Shown here piece after piece: positions 27,725-37,645 of a stretch of DNA of 55,792 nt. This DNA is from a virus (taxonomy: Duplodnaviria; Caudoviricetes), in IMG/VR virus record IMGVR_UViG_3300045885_000606, positions 1 to 55,792 of that record, one strand, 5' to 3'. Both the position numbers and the translations under genes were made by a program. A model generated the notes under the pieces. The model was not told where the DNA came from. It saw only the letters and a list, made by a program, of their open reading frames with translations, and did no database searches. How positions within the stretch are numbered: position 1 is the first letter of the stretch; each line of letters starts with the position of its first letter.

Positions 27725-28624
27725 ATGTCAGCACGCGATCTCACCCTCGAAGGCCACCAGCAATACGACCGCATTGAACTGGCTCTCATTGCGCTGCTCA
27801 ACCGGGAAAGACGCAAGCCCAATGCCTACACCATGTTTAAGGAGCATTGGCCTGACTTTCATCGCAGCGACATGAAGCATGTGGCCCGCGATCGCTGGCA
27901 GGGCCTCAAGCTTACCCCCCCCGCTGCTGAACCCATCCTCATCAACTGGGGAGGAGATACCGAAGCACTCTATCCCAGAGATCCAGAGATGCTCACCATG
28001 CCGGTGTCGTTCCTCCTCGGGACGCAGTGTGCTGTGGCAACCTATATGGGTGATCTGGAAAACGATTGTATTCTGCGTTGGAATGTCTACTGGCAACTCC
28101 ACAGGGTCCCAAAGCCATTTCGCTGTGTGGCCAACCGCACCGATATCTATGCCTGTGAGTTCCGGGATATCAGCCTCAGTGGAAAAGAACTCCTGCAATA
28201 CTCGCTCCATGGCTGGCAGCGTACCCACAATAAGTACGTGCCCATTCTTGCCCCAGGGGAATCGGTCCAGGCAGGGTACGGCCTCACCGTCGAGGAACGC
28301 AATATGACCCTCCTCGACAAAAACAAAATGGTCATCCACGCATCCATTGTCGAATATGCGCGGAGTCACTGGCGGGTGCGGATTGAAGAGGGCGCTGCGC
28401 TGTGGATTGCCACTGATGGCAAGGGCATCAAAGCCCTGGCGTCTCTCAGAGACGCGCCCCTTACCGACACAGGCAGACGTCGGCCGCTCCTCCACTGGGT
28501 GAAAGAGCATCTGCGCCGCACGCCAGGGGACAATGAGGTAACCACCGTGCGCGAACATCTCCGCGGTATCAGTACGTTTGCTCTTGATACGATGAAGATT
28601 ACTATCCACGAGCCGCATAAATGA
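27725..28624 (+). CDS. Hypothetical phage protein
   Basis: 299 aa; C-terminal HWVKEHLR...VREHLRG. Confidence 0.65.
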   Translation: MSARDLTLEGHQQYDRIELALIALLNRERRKPNAYTMFKEHWPDFHRSDMKHVARDRWQGLKLTPPAAEPILINWGGDTEALYPRDPEMLTMPVSFLLGTQCAVATYMGDLENDCILRWNVYWQLHRVPKPFRCVANRTDIYACEFRDISLSGKELLQYSLHGWQRTHNKYVPILAPGESVQAGYGLTVEERNMTLLDKNKMVIHASIVEYARSHWRVRIEEGAALWIATDGKGIKALASLRDAPLTDTGRRRPLLHWVKEHLRRTPGDNEVTTVREHLRGISTFALDTMKITIHEPHK

Positions 28625-29061
28625 TCGACCCACCCTGGCTTTTGAAAGCACGAGCTGAGGGCCGTGTGCGTGACGAGTGGGACGGAGGTGTGGGGCGGGA
28701 CGGGACACTCCGTCAGCCGGACGCGCTCACGCCGGCGCCTCTAAGCGCCCCTTCGCCCTTTCGCTCGAAGTTGGAAGCCCGCTTTGCCACCGAGTGCCTG
28801 GAGGTGTGGCAGCGGGAGGGGCATATTACCCAGTGGTGGCACGAACCGTTCAAGCTCCGGCTGGCTCACAAAACCTTCTATAGCCCGGACTTCCTGCTGC
28901 GCTACCCGGATGGACGCCTGGTGGTCGTAGAAACCAAGGGCTTTCGCCGTGATGATGCCATGGTCAAACTCAAAGTGGCGGCCCGGCTCTTTCCCTGCTT
29001 CCAGTTTGTGCTGGTCACCCGCACCAGGGGGCGCTGGATCAGCACGCCAGTGCCCAACTAA
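28621..29061 (+). CDS. PD-(D/E)XK nuclease (DUF1064-like)
   Basis: FRSKLEARF...YSPDF...VVETKGF. Confidence 0.8.
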   Translation: MIDPPWLLKARAEGRVRDEWDGGVGRDGTLRQPDALTPAPLSAPSPFRSKLEARFATECLEVWQREGHITQWWHEPFKLRLAHKTFYSPDFLLRYPDGRLVVVETKGFRRDDAMVKLKVAARLFPCFQFVLVTRTRGRWISTPVPN

Positions 29062-31163
29062 TTCCCGACGCAGCGAAACATCACTTGATCCGTGCCTGTG
29101 CCGTTAAACGTCACACTGGAGCCGCTGTTGCGTACCACCTGTACGGGGTTTGTGCCGCTGGAAGAGTTGGCCGTGCAGATATACGACGCATTGCTGGTAT
29201 AGACGGCCGCTCCTGTGAGGGTCAGGGTCAGCGTCCCTGCTGCCAGAGTGACCGAGCCTGCGACCTCTCTGGCGGGGGCACCGATCGCCCCTGTAGCCGT
29301 ATAGAGGAGTGTCTTGGCCGCACTCACGCCCAGCTCATAGCACACGGTGGTGTTATCACACCGAAATTGGACGGGCTCCACAGCGGTGCGCAAGAGAAAG
29401 TTCTGGCCCGTCAGGGTCTTAATGTTGGCCGAGTTGGCAATGGTCGTATTGCTATCGGCACCCCGCACCGTGAACATGAGCCCTGGCGCCACATTGTCAA
29501 AGGCAGTAATGGTCGTCGGACTCGTATTGCCGGTGATAAAGGTCATCGTCGGGCAGTCTGCCACGCTGGGAGTGGGATCCCCATTGGCAAACACGCAGAC
29601 CGAATCAGGAGGGTAGTTCCCATGCATATAGTTATTCAGCGCCGCACTATTCACGAGGAGCATATTCGTCGAGCCGGTGCTGCGATTATTGACCAGGGTA
29701 TTCTGCTCCGCGCCAGAGCCACCGAGGACGAGACAATTATCCGTATCACTGCAACTATTGTCCGCAATAATTGAATAGGTCGAGCTCGTCAGGGTGATGC
29801 CGGATTTGGTCCCGCTCGTGCCCCCAGCAATGGCAATCCTATTGCCAATAATCCGGGTCCAGTTATTCCCGAACCCGCCAGCATCCAGGTGAATCCCGGT
29901 AAAATCGCTGGTCGAGCCCCCAAACTTATAAATCAACATATTGGTAATGACACATTCGGTGCGATTGCGCAGGCGAATCCCGGCGGCAAACGCATTAATA
30001 TGCCCGTTTTGAATGGCACAGCCCGGCTCGGCAGCCACGGTGTTGAAGAGAATCCCCACTTCCACCGAGACCATCAGCATATCGGTAATAACCGGCCCCT
30101 CGACCGTGCCACCAACATCGATGCCAATCGCGGCATGATAGATGTGGAGCTGGCTCATCTGCACATCGATGGAGTTGCCAAGCAAGTGTATGCCACGGGT
30201 CATCGTAAAGACCGACCCGGTCGGGGGGAGACCCAGGTACGTATAGTTGTGGATCTTGGCACCCCAGATATTGGTGAGTTCGAGGCCCTTGTCCCAGTAG
30301 TGCGTCCCCCCTGTCAGGGGAATGCATTCGGTATCGTGAATGGACGCGAGCGAGGAGGACGAAGACGCGACGTTGGGTGTCAGCAGCGCCGTGACACAGG
30401 TGCCCCCACTGGCAGCGCCGGTCACGAGCGAGAGGCCCTGGAGGGTCAGCGGCTTCAGGATGGAATCCGTGGTAAAGCTCAGGCCGCCAGGGTCTGTGTC
30501 CCAAATGAGTTGCGACACTTTCCGTCCAGCGCCAAGGATGGTCAGCGCTTTCCCTGTGCTGGTCAGCACCGCGTTCACATGAAACTGCCCCGGCGGGATA
30601 TAGACCGCCTCATAGGCCATGAGGACGGTTTGGATCGCAGTGGTATTTTGGGCGGCTGAACATCCCTGACAGGCTCCGTAATGGGTAATGTCGGCCATGG
30701 TGGTGCGCACAGGCGCTACAGCGGTAATGACACTCCCCGTCACGGTTGCCTGTGCGAGCGTTTGACATCCTACAGGATCAGCCGGCCTAGTGGCTGTCTG
30801 CCGGTACACGTAGTGCGTCCCAGTCTGCCGTGTCCAATCGGTGACAGGACTACTCGTGTCGCGGCACACTGCCAACCAGTGCGTACCGTTCGTATTGGCG
30901 AGTGTCACCGACGCGGCACTCTGCGTCACGTAGTAGAGTTCGCCGTCTGCGCCGCGTACATAGGCTTTACACAGGAATGGGTTCGTCGCCACCCCACTCA
31001 CCGGCGCCGTGGGGAGACACCCCTCCACCACATAGGGGCTCATCGCATCGCCCCACCAGAAGTTTTGCTCAAGCTGCGACGTACTGCCGTGGGTATTGGC
31101 GGCGTAGGCCGGAGCCACGACAAGACCGAGAAGCACCCAGAGCACCCAGAGCACCCAGAGCAT
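29058..31163 (-). CDS. Tailspike-like beta-helix protein 2, with signal peptide
   Basis: ITHYGA...TTAIQ...VYIPPGQF (pectate_lyase_3-like start). N-terminal ~130 aa homologous to 31176-33179. Confidence 0.75.
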   Translation of the reverse strand: MLWVLWVLWVLLGLVVAPAYAANTHGSTSQLEQNFWWGDAMSPYVVEGCLPTAPVSGVATNPFLCKAYVRGADGELYYVTQSAASVTLANTNGTHWLAVCRDTSSPVTDWTRQTGTHYVYRQTATRPADPVGCQTLAQATVTGSVITAVAPVRTTMADITHYGACQGCSAAQNTTAIQTVLMAYEAVYIPPGQFHVNAVLTSTGKALTILGAGRKVSQLIWDTDPGGLSFTTDSILKPLTLQGLSLVTGAASGGTCVTALLTPNVASSSSSLASIHDTECIPLTGGTHYWDKGLELTNIWGAKIHNYTYLGLPPTGSVFTMTRGIHLLGNSIDVQMSQLHIYHAAIGIDVGGTVEGPVITDMLMVSVEVGILFNTVAAEPGCAIQNGHINAFAAGIRLRNRTECVITNMLIYKFGGSTSDFTGIHLDAGGFGNNWTRIIGNRIAIAGGTSGTKSGITLTSSTYSIIADNSCSDTDNCLVLGGSGAEQNTLVNNRSTGSTNMLLVNSAALNNYMHGNYPPDSVCVFANGDPTPSVADCPTMTFITGNTSPTTITAFDNVAPGLMFTVRGADSNTTIANSANIKTLTGQNFLLRTAVEPVQFRCDNTTVCYELGVSAAKTLLYTATGAIGAPAREVAGSVTLAAGTLTLTLTGAAVYTSNASYICTANSSSGTNPVQVVRNSGSSVTFNGTGTDQVMFRCVGN
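31132..31160. repeat. 9 bp tandem repeat (AGCACCCAG x3) encoding LWVLWVLWV
   Basis: Read directly from the sequence. Confidence 0.85.
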
Positions 31164-31175
31164 AGATTCTCCCCT

Positions 31176-33179
31176 CTAGTACCAGAAGCGTAGAAACACC
31201 ACGCCAATCGACCCCGCGCTATTAAAATTGACATGCCCCCACACCGGCGCGGCGCCTCCCAGGGGTGCGCCCCAGACTTCTATAGCGCGTGTGCCACCAA
31301 TTTCATCGACCGTCGCAATCAGGGCGTAATCCCACGGCTCGGTCGTTTTGCCTACGGTCCCATAGGGCAACACTTCAAGTCGCCATAAGCCCGCGCCTGA
31401 GGCAAAGGTCACGGTCACATTGAGTACCTGGCCCAGACCACCGCCCGAGGCAAAGGTGAGCGGCAGCGCCGGCCCTTGTACCCTGGTCGCCGTAAACACC
31501 TGCGGCGTCCCCCCGGAAAATTGCAGCCGGTACACACTCGACTCCGTCACCATACTGGTCGAACTCCCGGTCCGGTAGTCGCCTACTCCAGAGGCGTTGT
31601 TGTCGGTAAAAATCTGATTGACCGCCGCAGGTTCCGCCGCGTAGGTGGAGACAAAGGAGTGAAAGGGCAGCGTATCCTTGTTCACATTGTTCTGCGTCAC
31701 CGTGAGTTGCGACGTGGCCCGTGTCCGCACCAGGGCCACGAGCGCTGTGGCGACGACCTTATTGGCGATGAGGGTATTGCCCACGATGGTGGTATCATCG
31801 CAGGCATCGAGTTCCATGAGATATTGCTGCGTGGCATTGGAGCCCACCAGGGTATTGCCGGTAAAGGTCGTGACCACCCCGTAGATACACTTGAATTGAT
31901 AGGCGATATTGCCCTGAAAGACATTGCCAAAGAACCTCGCCTTGTCCGCCGCCGTCCCCCCGTTGACGACCACGGCCAACCCCAGATCACTGGGCAAAAT
32001 CGTCGTCGCAGAGCCACTGACCACTCGCCCCGTATTGCCTTGCACCAGATTGTGCTTGATCTCGCCCACACCGGCATCCAGTTCCAAATCAATGAAGTCC
32101 CCGACCGTATTGAAGAGAATCTGGTTCTGATTCCCCCAGACGATGGCGATGCCCTGGCGGTTGGGGTGCACGTCTTGGATATCGCAGTACTCGATGCGGT
32201 TGCGATGGGAGCCGGCGAGACGCTCGGTATCGTAGCCAATGGTGATGCCGTCGCCGGAGACATCGTAAATTTCTACCTGGCTCACCACGTTGTTATCCGA
32301 ACCCCAGATCATAATCCCCGGCGCAAATTCGTTGGCCACCTGACTGGCGCGGTTGCCATCAATGGAGAGGTCGCGGACCTGGGCTCCGGTGACCGCCCCT
32401 TTACTCTGCCCGCCTTTGGACGTATCCCCAGCATCGCCGATGCGAATGACGGGCCGGTGCGTGTCGGTATGCGCCGTATGGGAGAGAATCGTGCGCCCAC
32501 GTCCAGCCCCCTGCAGCGTCACCTGATCGTCCATGTGCAGCGTATCCACCACGCAGGTGCCCCGCGGCAACAGGACGGTCCCGCCCCCAGCGGCTTTTTG
32601 CCGGTCAATCAAGTACTGGATGATGTGGCTCTCCACCTGGACGCCATCGCAGCGCACCCCAGCGGTCGAGGCATGAATAATGGTCCCGCCTGTCTGCCGT
32701 TCAAGGGACAGCGCCAGAGTCTGAGCCACCGGGAACGCCACGGTAATGGAGGAACTGGCCACCTGCGCCTGCGCCAGCACGAGACACCCGGTAGGCGTCG
32801 TGGGTTCACTGACACTCTGCCGGTGCACATAGTGTGTCCCCTGCTGCCTCGTCCATCCACTCACCACACTCGTCTGATCCCGGCACACCCCAAGCCAGTG
32901 CGTCCCGGCCACATTCGGGAGCGTGAGTGCCGCCGCCGGTTGCGTCACGTAGAGAAGCTCGCCACTGGTGCCGAGCACATAGGCATCACAGGCAAAGGCC
33001 GCAAAGGCAACCCCTGACGCCGGCACCACGGGCAAGCAGCCTCGCACCACATAGGGTCTCGTCGCATCTGCCCAGTACATTTGCTGCTCGGTGTTGGGAT
33101 TGCCGTGGGTGTTGGCCGCCTGCGCCACACCAGGCATGAGCAGCAGGAGCACGAAGAGGAGGAAGAGTCGCATCGTCAC
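31176..33179 (-). CDS. Tailspike-like beta-helix protein 1, with signal peptide
   Basis: GVRCDG...GGGTVLLPRG...LQGAGRGRTIL...IDGNR (pectate_lyase_3-like). Confidence 0.8.
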   Translation of the reverse strand: MTMRLFLLFVLLLLMPGVAQAANTHGNPNTEQQMYWADATRPYVVRGCLPVVPASGVAFAAFACDAYVLGTSGELLYVTQPAAALTLPNVAGTHWLGVCRDQTSVVSGWTRQQGTHYVHRQSVSEPTTPTGCLVLAQAQVASSSITVAFPVAQTLALSLERQTGGTIIHASTAGVRCDGVQVESHIIQYLIDRQKAAGGGTVLLPRGTCVVDTLHMDDQVTLQGAGRGRTILSHTAHTDTHRPVIRIGDAGDTSKGGQSKGAVTGAQVRDLSIDGNRASQVANEFAPGIMIWGSDNNVVSQVEIYDVSGDGITIGYDTERLAGSHRNRIEYCDIQDVHPNRQGIAIVWGNQNQILFNTVGDFIDLELDAGVGEIKHNLVQGNTGRVVSGSATTILPSDLGLAVVVNGGTAADKARFFGNVFQGNIAYQFKCIYGVVTTFTGNTLVGSNATQQYLMELDACDDTTIVGNTLIANKVVATALVALVRTRATSQLTVTQNNVNKDTLPFHSFVSTYAAEPAAVNQIFTDNNASGVGDYRTGSSTSMVTESSVYRLQFSGGTPQVFTATRVQGPALPLTFASGGGLGQVLNVTVTFASGAGLWRLEVLPYGTVGKTTEPWDYALIATVDEIGGTRAIEVWGAPLGGAAPVWGHVNFNSAGSIGVVFLRFWY

Positions 33180-33191
33180 GTCTCCTTAGCC

Positions 33192-36100
33192 TTAGCGTGC
33201 AGGGGTAGGGGCAGGAAGCCCCGGAGGCGGGGTCACCTTGAGTTGCCTGCCGGAACTGAGCACATCCCCTGCCAGAATGCCGGTGAGGAGGCCCATAATC
33301 TCCCCGGCCATCGGACTCTCCGCCGGGGTATGGAGCGCATGCGCAATGGCCCGTGTCGCCTGCGGGTGCGAGAGCAGCCAGGAGAGCGTGCCTCCACCAA
33401 GGCCAACGAGGCCTACTCCCGCCGCGGCCTGCGTGGGGCCAAAGGCATACATCCCGGCAAAGGCGATCCCCCAGGGCGTTATCCGCGCCAGGGCCCCGCC
33501 GCGGCCTGGTCGATCCTCTAAGGCTTTGACCGTCGCCGCCAGATGCCGCAGTTCCCGCTCGCCGTCTTGTCCAAGCATCATGGTCGTAAAGTGCTTGTCC
33601 TTATCCAGATAGGCCATCATGTGCGCCCCGTCGAGGAGGCCAGACTTCTGGTCAGTGCGAAAGAAGCCCTGCGCCAACCAGTCACTTTCCGCCACCCGCC
33701 AGAGGTTCGGGTCTACCGCCGTGACGCGAGCTTTGAAGTTCCCCAACTCCCCGACATCGGCAGCCCTGGGCGCTTTGGACAGCGCGTGCGCTACATCGAC
33801 CTGCGTGATCAGGCGGTCCAGCTCTCCTGCGGGAAAGAGCGCCTGCCTGAAGGCTGGTTGCGCCCGTAACTCATTCATCCTGGTATAGAGACCATTGAGG
33901 TCGACGCGGCCTTCGGCGTGAAAGTAGGGTGCAAGTTCCCGCGTGAACCAGTCTTCCTGGACGGCGCGTTTGAGGGCCGGATCTTTGACCTCATTCATGA
34001 GCTGGGTGAGCCGGGTCGGATCCATCTCCCTGGCCGATTGTTGCAGGGCGTCGGCCTGGCCCAGACGTGCGCGTAACACCTGCAGTTCCCCACCAGGAAA
34101 GAGGATGTCTCGTTCGGCAGGGGGAATCTCACCCAGGCGAGCCGCGAGCTTCCCGGCCTGGGTGAGGTTGGTGGCCACGTCCTGGGTCCCGGCCAGGACC
34201 TTGGAGAGACGATCGCTCCTGACCGCCGCCATGAGGGCGGGATCACCAATCACCCTGGCGAGTTCCCGCAGCTCCCCGGGATCGGACACGGTGAGGGCCC
34301 GCTGCATAGCCGTGGCTTTATCCAGCGCGGTTTTCAGTGGGGTCAGATCGCGGCCAGCAAAGGCGTCACTCTGGGTGGCTTTGGTAAGGGCATGAATCGT
34401 GCGCTCCAGCATCTCTGGTCTGAGCGCTCCCGTCACCGGGTCCTGCGCGGCGCGGATCTGGCGCGTGAGCCACATGGGTCCCACCTGCCGCCAGGCCTCG
34501 GCTGGCGCCACACTGCGGAGCATGGCCGTATCGCCGGGACGCTCGTTCATAACGATGCGTGTCAGGAAGTCATCCGGGCTCATACTGGTCACATCCTGCA
34601 TGAGGGGCGAGTTCCACACCCGGGCCGCATCGGCGTAGAGCGCATCGGCCGCCCGCCAGGACTGATAGAGCCCGGTGGGTCCACTCCCCAGCTTGTTGGC
34701 CGTTTCCCCCATCGAGTTTTTGAGATATTCGCTATATTCCTCCCCCCGCTCGGCCATGCGGTTGCCGATGTTGGAGCCCTCATGACGCTTGAGAATCCCT
34801 GCCTGTGAGCGCAAGGCCTGCGCCTGGTCAAAGGAGACATAGCGCGGTTGCCTGACCAGCGCAGCCAGCCAGGCAATGTCGGGATCGAGCGTTTCCCCGC
34901 GTCTGGGCACCGGCACGCCTTGCTCCAGAGAGACCAGGGGGACTTTGGAGCCCCGGCCATAGATGGCGAGGTCGGCCAGGGCTTTATCCTGCACCCATTT
35001 GAGATCGACCATCTTGCCGTGCAGGAGTTCTTCTAAGGGCTTCATCATCTGATTCACCCGCGGCATAATCCGGTCTTGCAGATCTTTGGCACCCGCCGTC
35101 GTGGTCATGAGCTGGCCTGTCACCGGGTCTGGTCCCAGCTTTTCCGTAATCGCCTGCGCCACATCCAGGCGCAAGGCGTGCATCTGGCTATAGAGGTCTT
35201 CCACGGTGTTGAACGTCACCTTGTCAGGAAGCAGCTTGAGGGCGCGAATCTGGTTAAAGACATTGTGATAGACCGAATCGGTGCTGGCATTCCCCAGCAT
35301 GGGCAGGGTAATATTGCGGACCTGCTGGACCTTGGCAATATCCATGGGCGTTTGCTGCATGCGGCTATAGAGATGCTGATAGACCTGGTTGAGCCTGGCT
35401 TTGGCGTTATCAAGCGACCTGTGAACGCCACTGAGCAGGGTCTTGGGGACTTCGGCGAGGACGTGATCTTCGAGAAACACCTGCTCTTCTCTGGGCGAGA
35501 ACGCCGGCAAGCCCTGCGAGGCACGGTACTGCTTGGCGGTCCTGAGGGCCTGCTGGGCGGACGCAGGAAACATCCCCACGTTGAAGGCCTCGACCTCGCC
35601 TCCGAGCCGCCGCACCTGCGGGATCGTCTCCCCACCGGGAGCCTGCACGCCAAAATCCCGCATCGCCTCATCCACCAGGCGGGTGGTTTCCTGGCCCACT
35701 CTTCCGCCGTGGGGCGTCATGCCCCAGGGATCGACCTCCTGGCGCACCAGGCTCCAGCCCGTAGGCGGAGCAGAGCCGCTCGGCATCGAGGATTCGAGCA
35801 TGCGGAGGTCGTGTTCCAGGGCCTGCTGCGCTACGTCGTAGCGGCTTCGGATACCTCGGCTCACAATAGGGGCGTTTTGCAGGTGATACTCGGTCGAGCG
35901 CAGACTCTTTGATCCCGTCTGAAAGCCCAGGGGGAGGACCACATCCGGGTAGTTTTTCGCCATATAGTCGAGAATCTCTTTGCGGGCAGGCTCGGGGACC
36001 AGGGCATTGCCAATAGAGCGCAGTGCGGCCGGAAGCACGGTCCCTCCGAGTAGCTCACCCGTTCCCCCAAAAAGCGCTTCCATGAGCGGATCGCTGTAGC

Positions 36101-36686
36101 GCTTGGGGTCTGGATCAAAGTAGTTGGCCATATAGGCGCCCGTGCCAGATCCTACCGCCCCCGTCAGCAGCATGCGCATCGGACCAAGGAAGGGATCCAT
36201 GAACGCTCTCAAGCGTGACATCTGGGTCATCTGGTACGCACTCGGAGGGATGCGGCCTTTGACCCCCACAGAGACCAGCATGGGAAAGACATACTGCCAG
36301 GTAAACCGCATGCGCTTGCGGTTTTCGTCTACGCGAGCCTGTTCCGCCTCCGTCAGAGAAATCCCCATCTGCGCCTTCTTCCTGGCCAGATTGTAGAGAG
36401 ACACGGCTTCCAACCAGTTGAGGGGATTGAGGGCGTCAGGCGCTGCCTCGGCAGCATCCTTGAGCATCTCGTAGCTGGTTTCGATATCCGTCATCATGGG
36501 GAAGCCTTGCCGGACGGACTCCTCCACCGACCGCACGCCACGCCGCAGCGGATTCTCTGGCCCGAAGGTGGAGGTATACCAGGACGGGAGCCCACTGGGC
36601 GCTTGAGGCGCAGGGGGTGCCACAATCTCGGCGTCGAGACTTTCCGGATCGACAATCTCGGCATCCAGGCTCTCAGGATCAGCCAT
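33192..36686 (-). CDS. Large internal virion/ejection-like protein
   Basis: ~1164 aa, helical and Ala/Gly-rich, podovirus ejection-protein position. The N-terminus has a duplicated DPESLDAEIV. Confidence 0.6.
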   Translation of the reverse strand: MADPESLDAEIVDPESLDAEIVAPPAPQAPSGLPSWYTSTFGPENPLRRGVRSVEESVRQGFPMMTDIETSYEMLKDAAEAAPDALNPLNWLEAVSLYNLARKKAQMGISLTEAEQARVDENRKRMRFTWQYVFPMLVSVGVKGRIPPSAYQMTQMSRLRAFMDPFLGPMRMLLTGAVGSGTGAYMANYFDPDPKRYSDPLMEALFGGTGELLGGTVLPAALRSIGNALVPEPARKEILDYMAKNYPDVVLPLGFQTGSKSLRSTEYHLQNAPIVSRGIRSRYDVAQQALEHDLRMLESSMPSGSAPPTGWSLVRQEVDPWGMTPHGGRVGQETTRLVDEAMRDFGVQAPGGETIPQVRRLGGEVEAFNVGMFPASAQQALRTAKQYRASQGLPAFSPREEQVFLEDHVLAEVPKTLLSGVHRSLDNAKARLNQVYQHLYSRMQQTPMDIAKVQQVRNITLPMLGNASTDSVYHNVFNQIRALKLLPDKVTFNTVEDLYSQMHALRLDVAQAITEKLGPDPVTGQLMTTTAGAKDLQDRIMPRVNQMMKPLEELLHGKMVDLKWVQDKALADLAIYGRGSKVPLVSLEQGVPVPRRGETLDPDIAWLAALVRQPRYVSFDQAQALRSQAGILKRHEGSNIGNRMAERGEEYSEYLKNSMGETANKLGSGPTGLYQSWRAADALYADAARVWNSPLMQDVTSMSPDDFLTRIVMNERPGDTAMLRSVAPAEAWRQVGPMWLTRQIRAAQDPVTGALRPEMLERTIHALTKATQSDAFAGRDLTPLKTALDKATAMQRALTVSDPGELRELARVIGDPALMAAVRSDRLSKVLAGTQDVATNLTQAGKLAARLGEIPPAERDILFPGGELQVLRARLGQADALQQSAREMDPTRLTQLMNEVKDPALKRAVQEDWFTRELAPYFHAEGRVDLNGLYTRMNELRAQPAFRQALFPAGELDRLITQVDVAHALSKAPRAADVGELGNFKARVTAVDPNLWRVAESDWLAQGFFRTDQKSGLLDGAHMMAYLDKDKHFTTMMLGQDGERELRHLAATVKALEDRPGRGGALARITPWGIAFAGMYAFGPTQAAAGVGLVGLGGGTLSWLLSHPQATRAIAHALHTPAESPMAGEIMGLLTGILAGDVLSSGRQLKVTPPPGLPAPTPAR

Positions 36687-36783
36687 CAAAATTCCCTTTG
36701 GGTATCCCGCCGTTCAGGGCGGGAGTGAAAAAGGGTTGCCCGCCAGGGCAACAGTTCTGCTGCGGCAGCATGCCGCATACCAC

Positions 36784-36813
36784 TTGCATAGGTTACAAAA
36801 TACCGGGTACACT
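36784..36813 (+). promoter_or_regulatory. Sigma70-like promoter copy 1 (antisense to the late genes)
   Basis: TTGCAT-18 nt-TACACT; boxA-like GCTCTTTCACAAC at 36886-36898. Confidence 0.5.
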
Positions 36814-36946
36814 TGGAACAATACGGCATCGCATCGTCAGGAATAGCTGGTGTCCAGCGCCGTACACGATGCACCAAGGTGCGCGGCTCTTTCACAACTT
36901 CAGCTTCGCCGGGTTCCAGAGCGTAGGGCTCTGGGTAAAAGTTGAA

Positions 36947-37479
36947 CCGACGAATGAGCAGAACGCGCGGCAACCCCCTGGCTTTAGCCATGGGGAAGGA
37001 TAGCGCGTTGGTCCGCAGGACCAATTCCTGCTGCGGCAGCATGCCGCATACAGTGTTGCATAGGGCACAAAATAACAGGTACAATCTCTGTAGTTCTTTG
37101 AAACTCAGCATAGGGCGTTGTCGCAGGAAGTCTGCGACGTAAAATGTTGAACGCCAGAGGATCAGATGCTTAATCTGCTGCCGGACTCGTTGCGTCAGCC
37201 GCATCGGATGTATTGCCCCTCCGTATCGTGCCAGGAGCGAGAGCCGTCTAGGCAGCCCTGGTGTGGGTATGCAGGTGATCATCTGTGTCAACACCCCGAA
37301 TTGACCCGTATCGTTGTGCTTCCACAGGCAACGTCGCGAGGGAAGCGGGACGGTAAGTGCTGGACAGGTGCTCCGGGTGTGGGAGCAACACCAGAGCCAG
37401 CACGGGGCCGGAATGGCCCACGAGATGTACCGCGAGGTACAGTCTGGAATCCCCTGGCTTTAGCCATGGGGAGGTTCAA
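36947..37479 (+). mobile_element. Non-autonomous IS200/IS605-type element carrying a structured RNA (no tnpA or tnpB)
   Basis: Subterminal hairpin CCCCTGGCTTTAGCCATGGGG at both ends (36975-36995 and 37451-37471). Right end GAGGTTCAA; TTGAA precedes the inferred left end. No transposase ORF; the left boundary is approximate. Confidence 0.65.
37056..37085 (+). promoter_or_regulatory. Sigma70-like promoter copy 2
   Basis: TTGCAT-18 nt-TACAAT; boxA-like GTTCTTTGAAAC at 37093-37104. Confidence 0.55.
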
Positions 37480-37645
37480 AGAAACCGGACTGTGGGGCAT
37501 GCTTCACAGTCGTGCGCAAGGTGACAGGGCGCTTAAGCAGGGAAAGCATCAGGGCTCCTCTCTGGTGGTCGGTAACTGCAACCGCACGTTTCAGCACGTG
37601 TCTTCGATGTTCGAAGCATCGGCCTTCAGGCCGGTGAGGATGTCA

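Noticed and set aside
36686-37294. 202 aa minus-strand ORF
   Set aside because: It runs through IS-end hairpins and promoter repeats, and the duplicated segments fall in different frames, so conservation is at the nucleotide/structure level.
37287-37305. GTCAACACCCC resembling a HEARO/IscB omegaRNA start
   Set aside because: The match is too short and there is no iscB gene; left to a covariance-model search.
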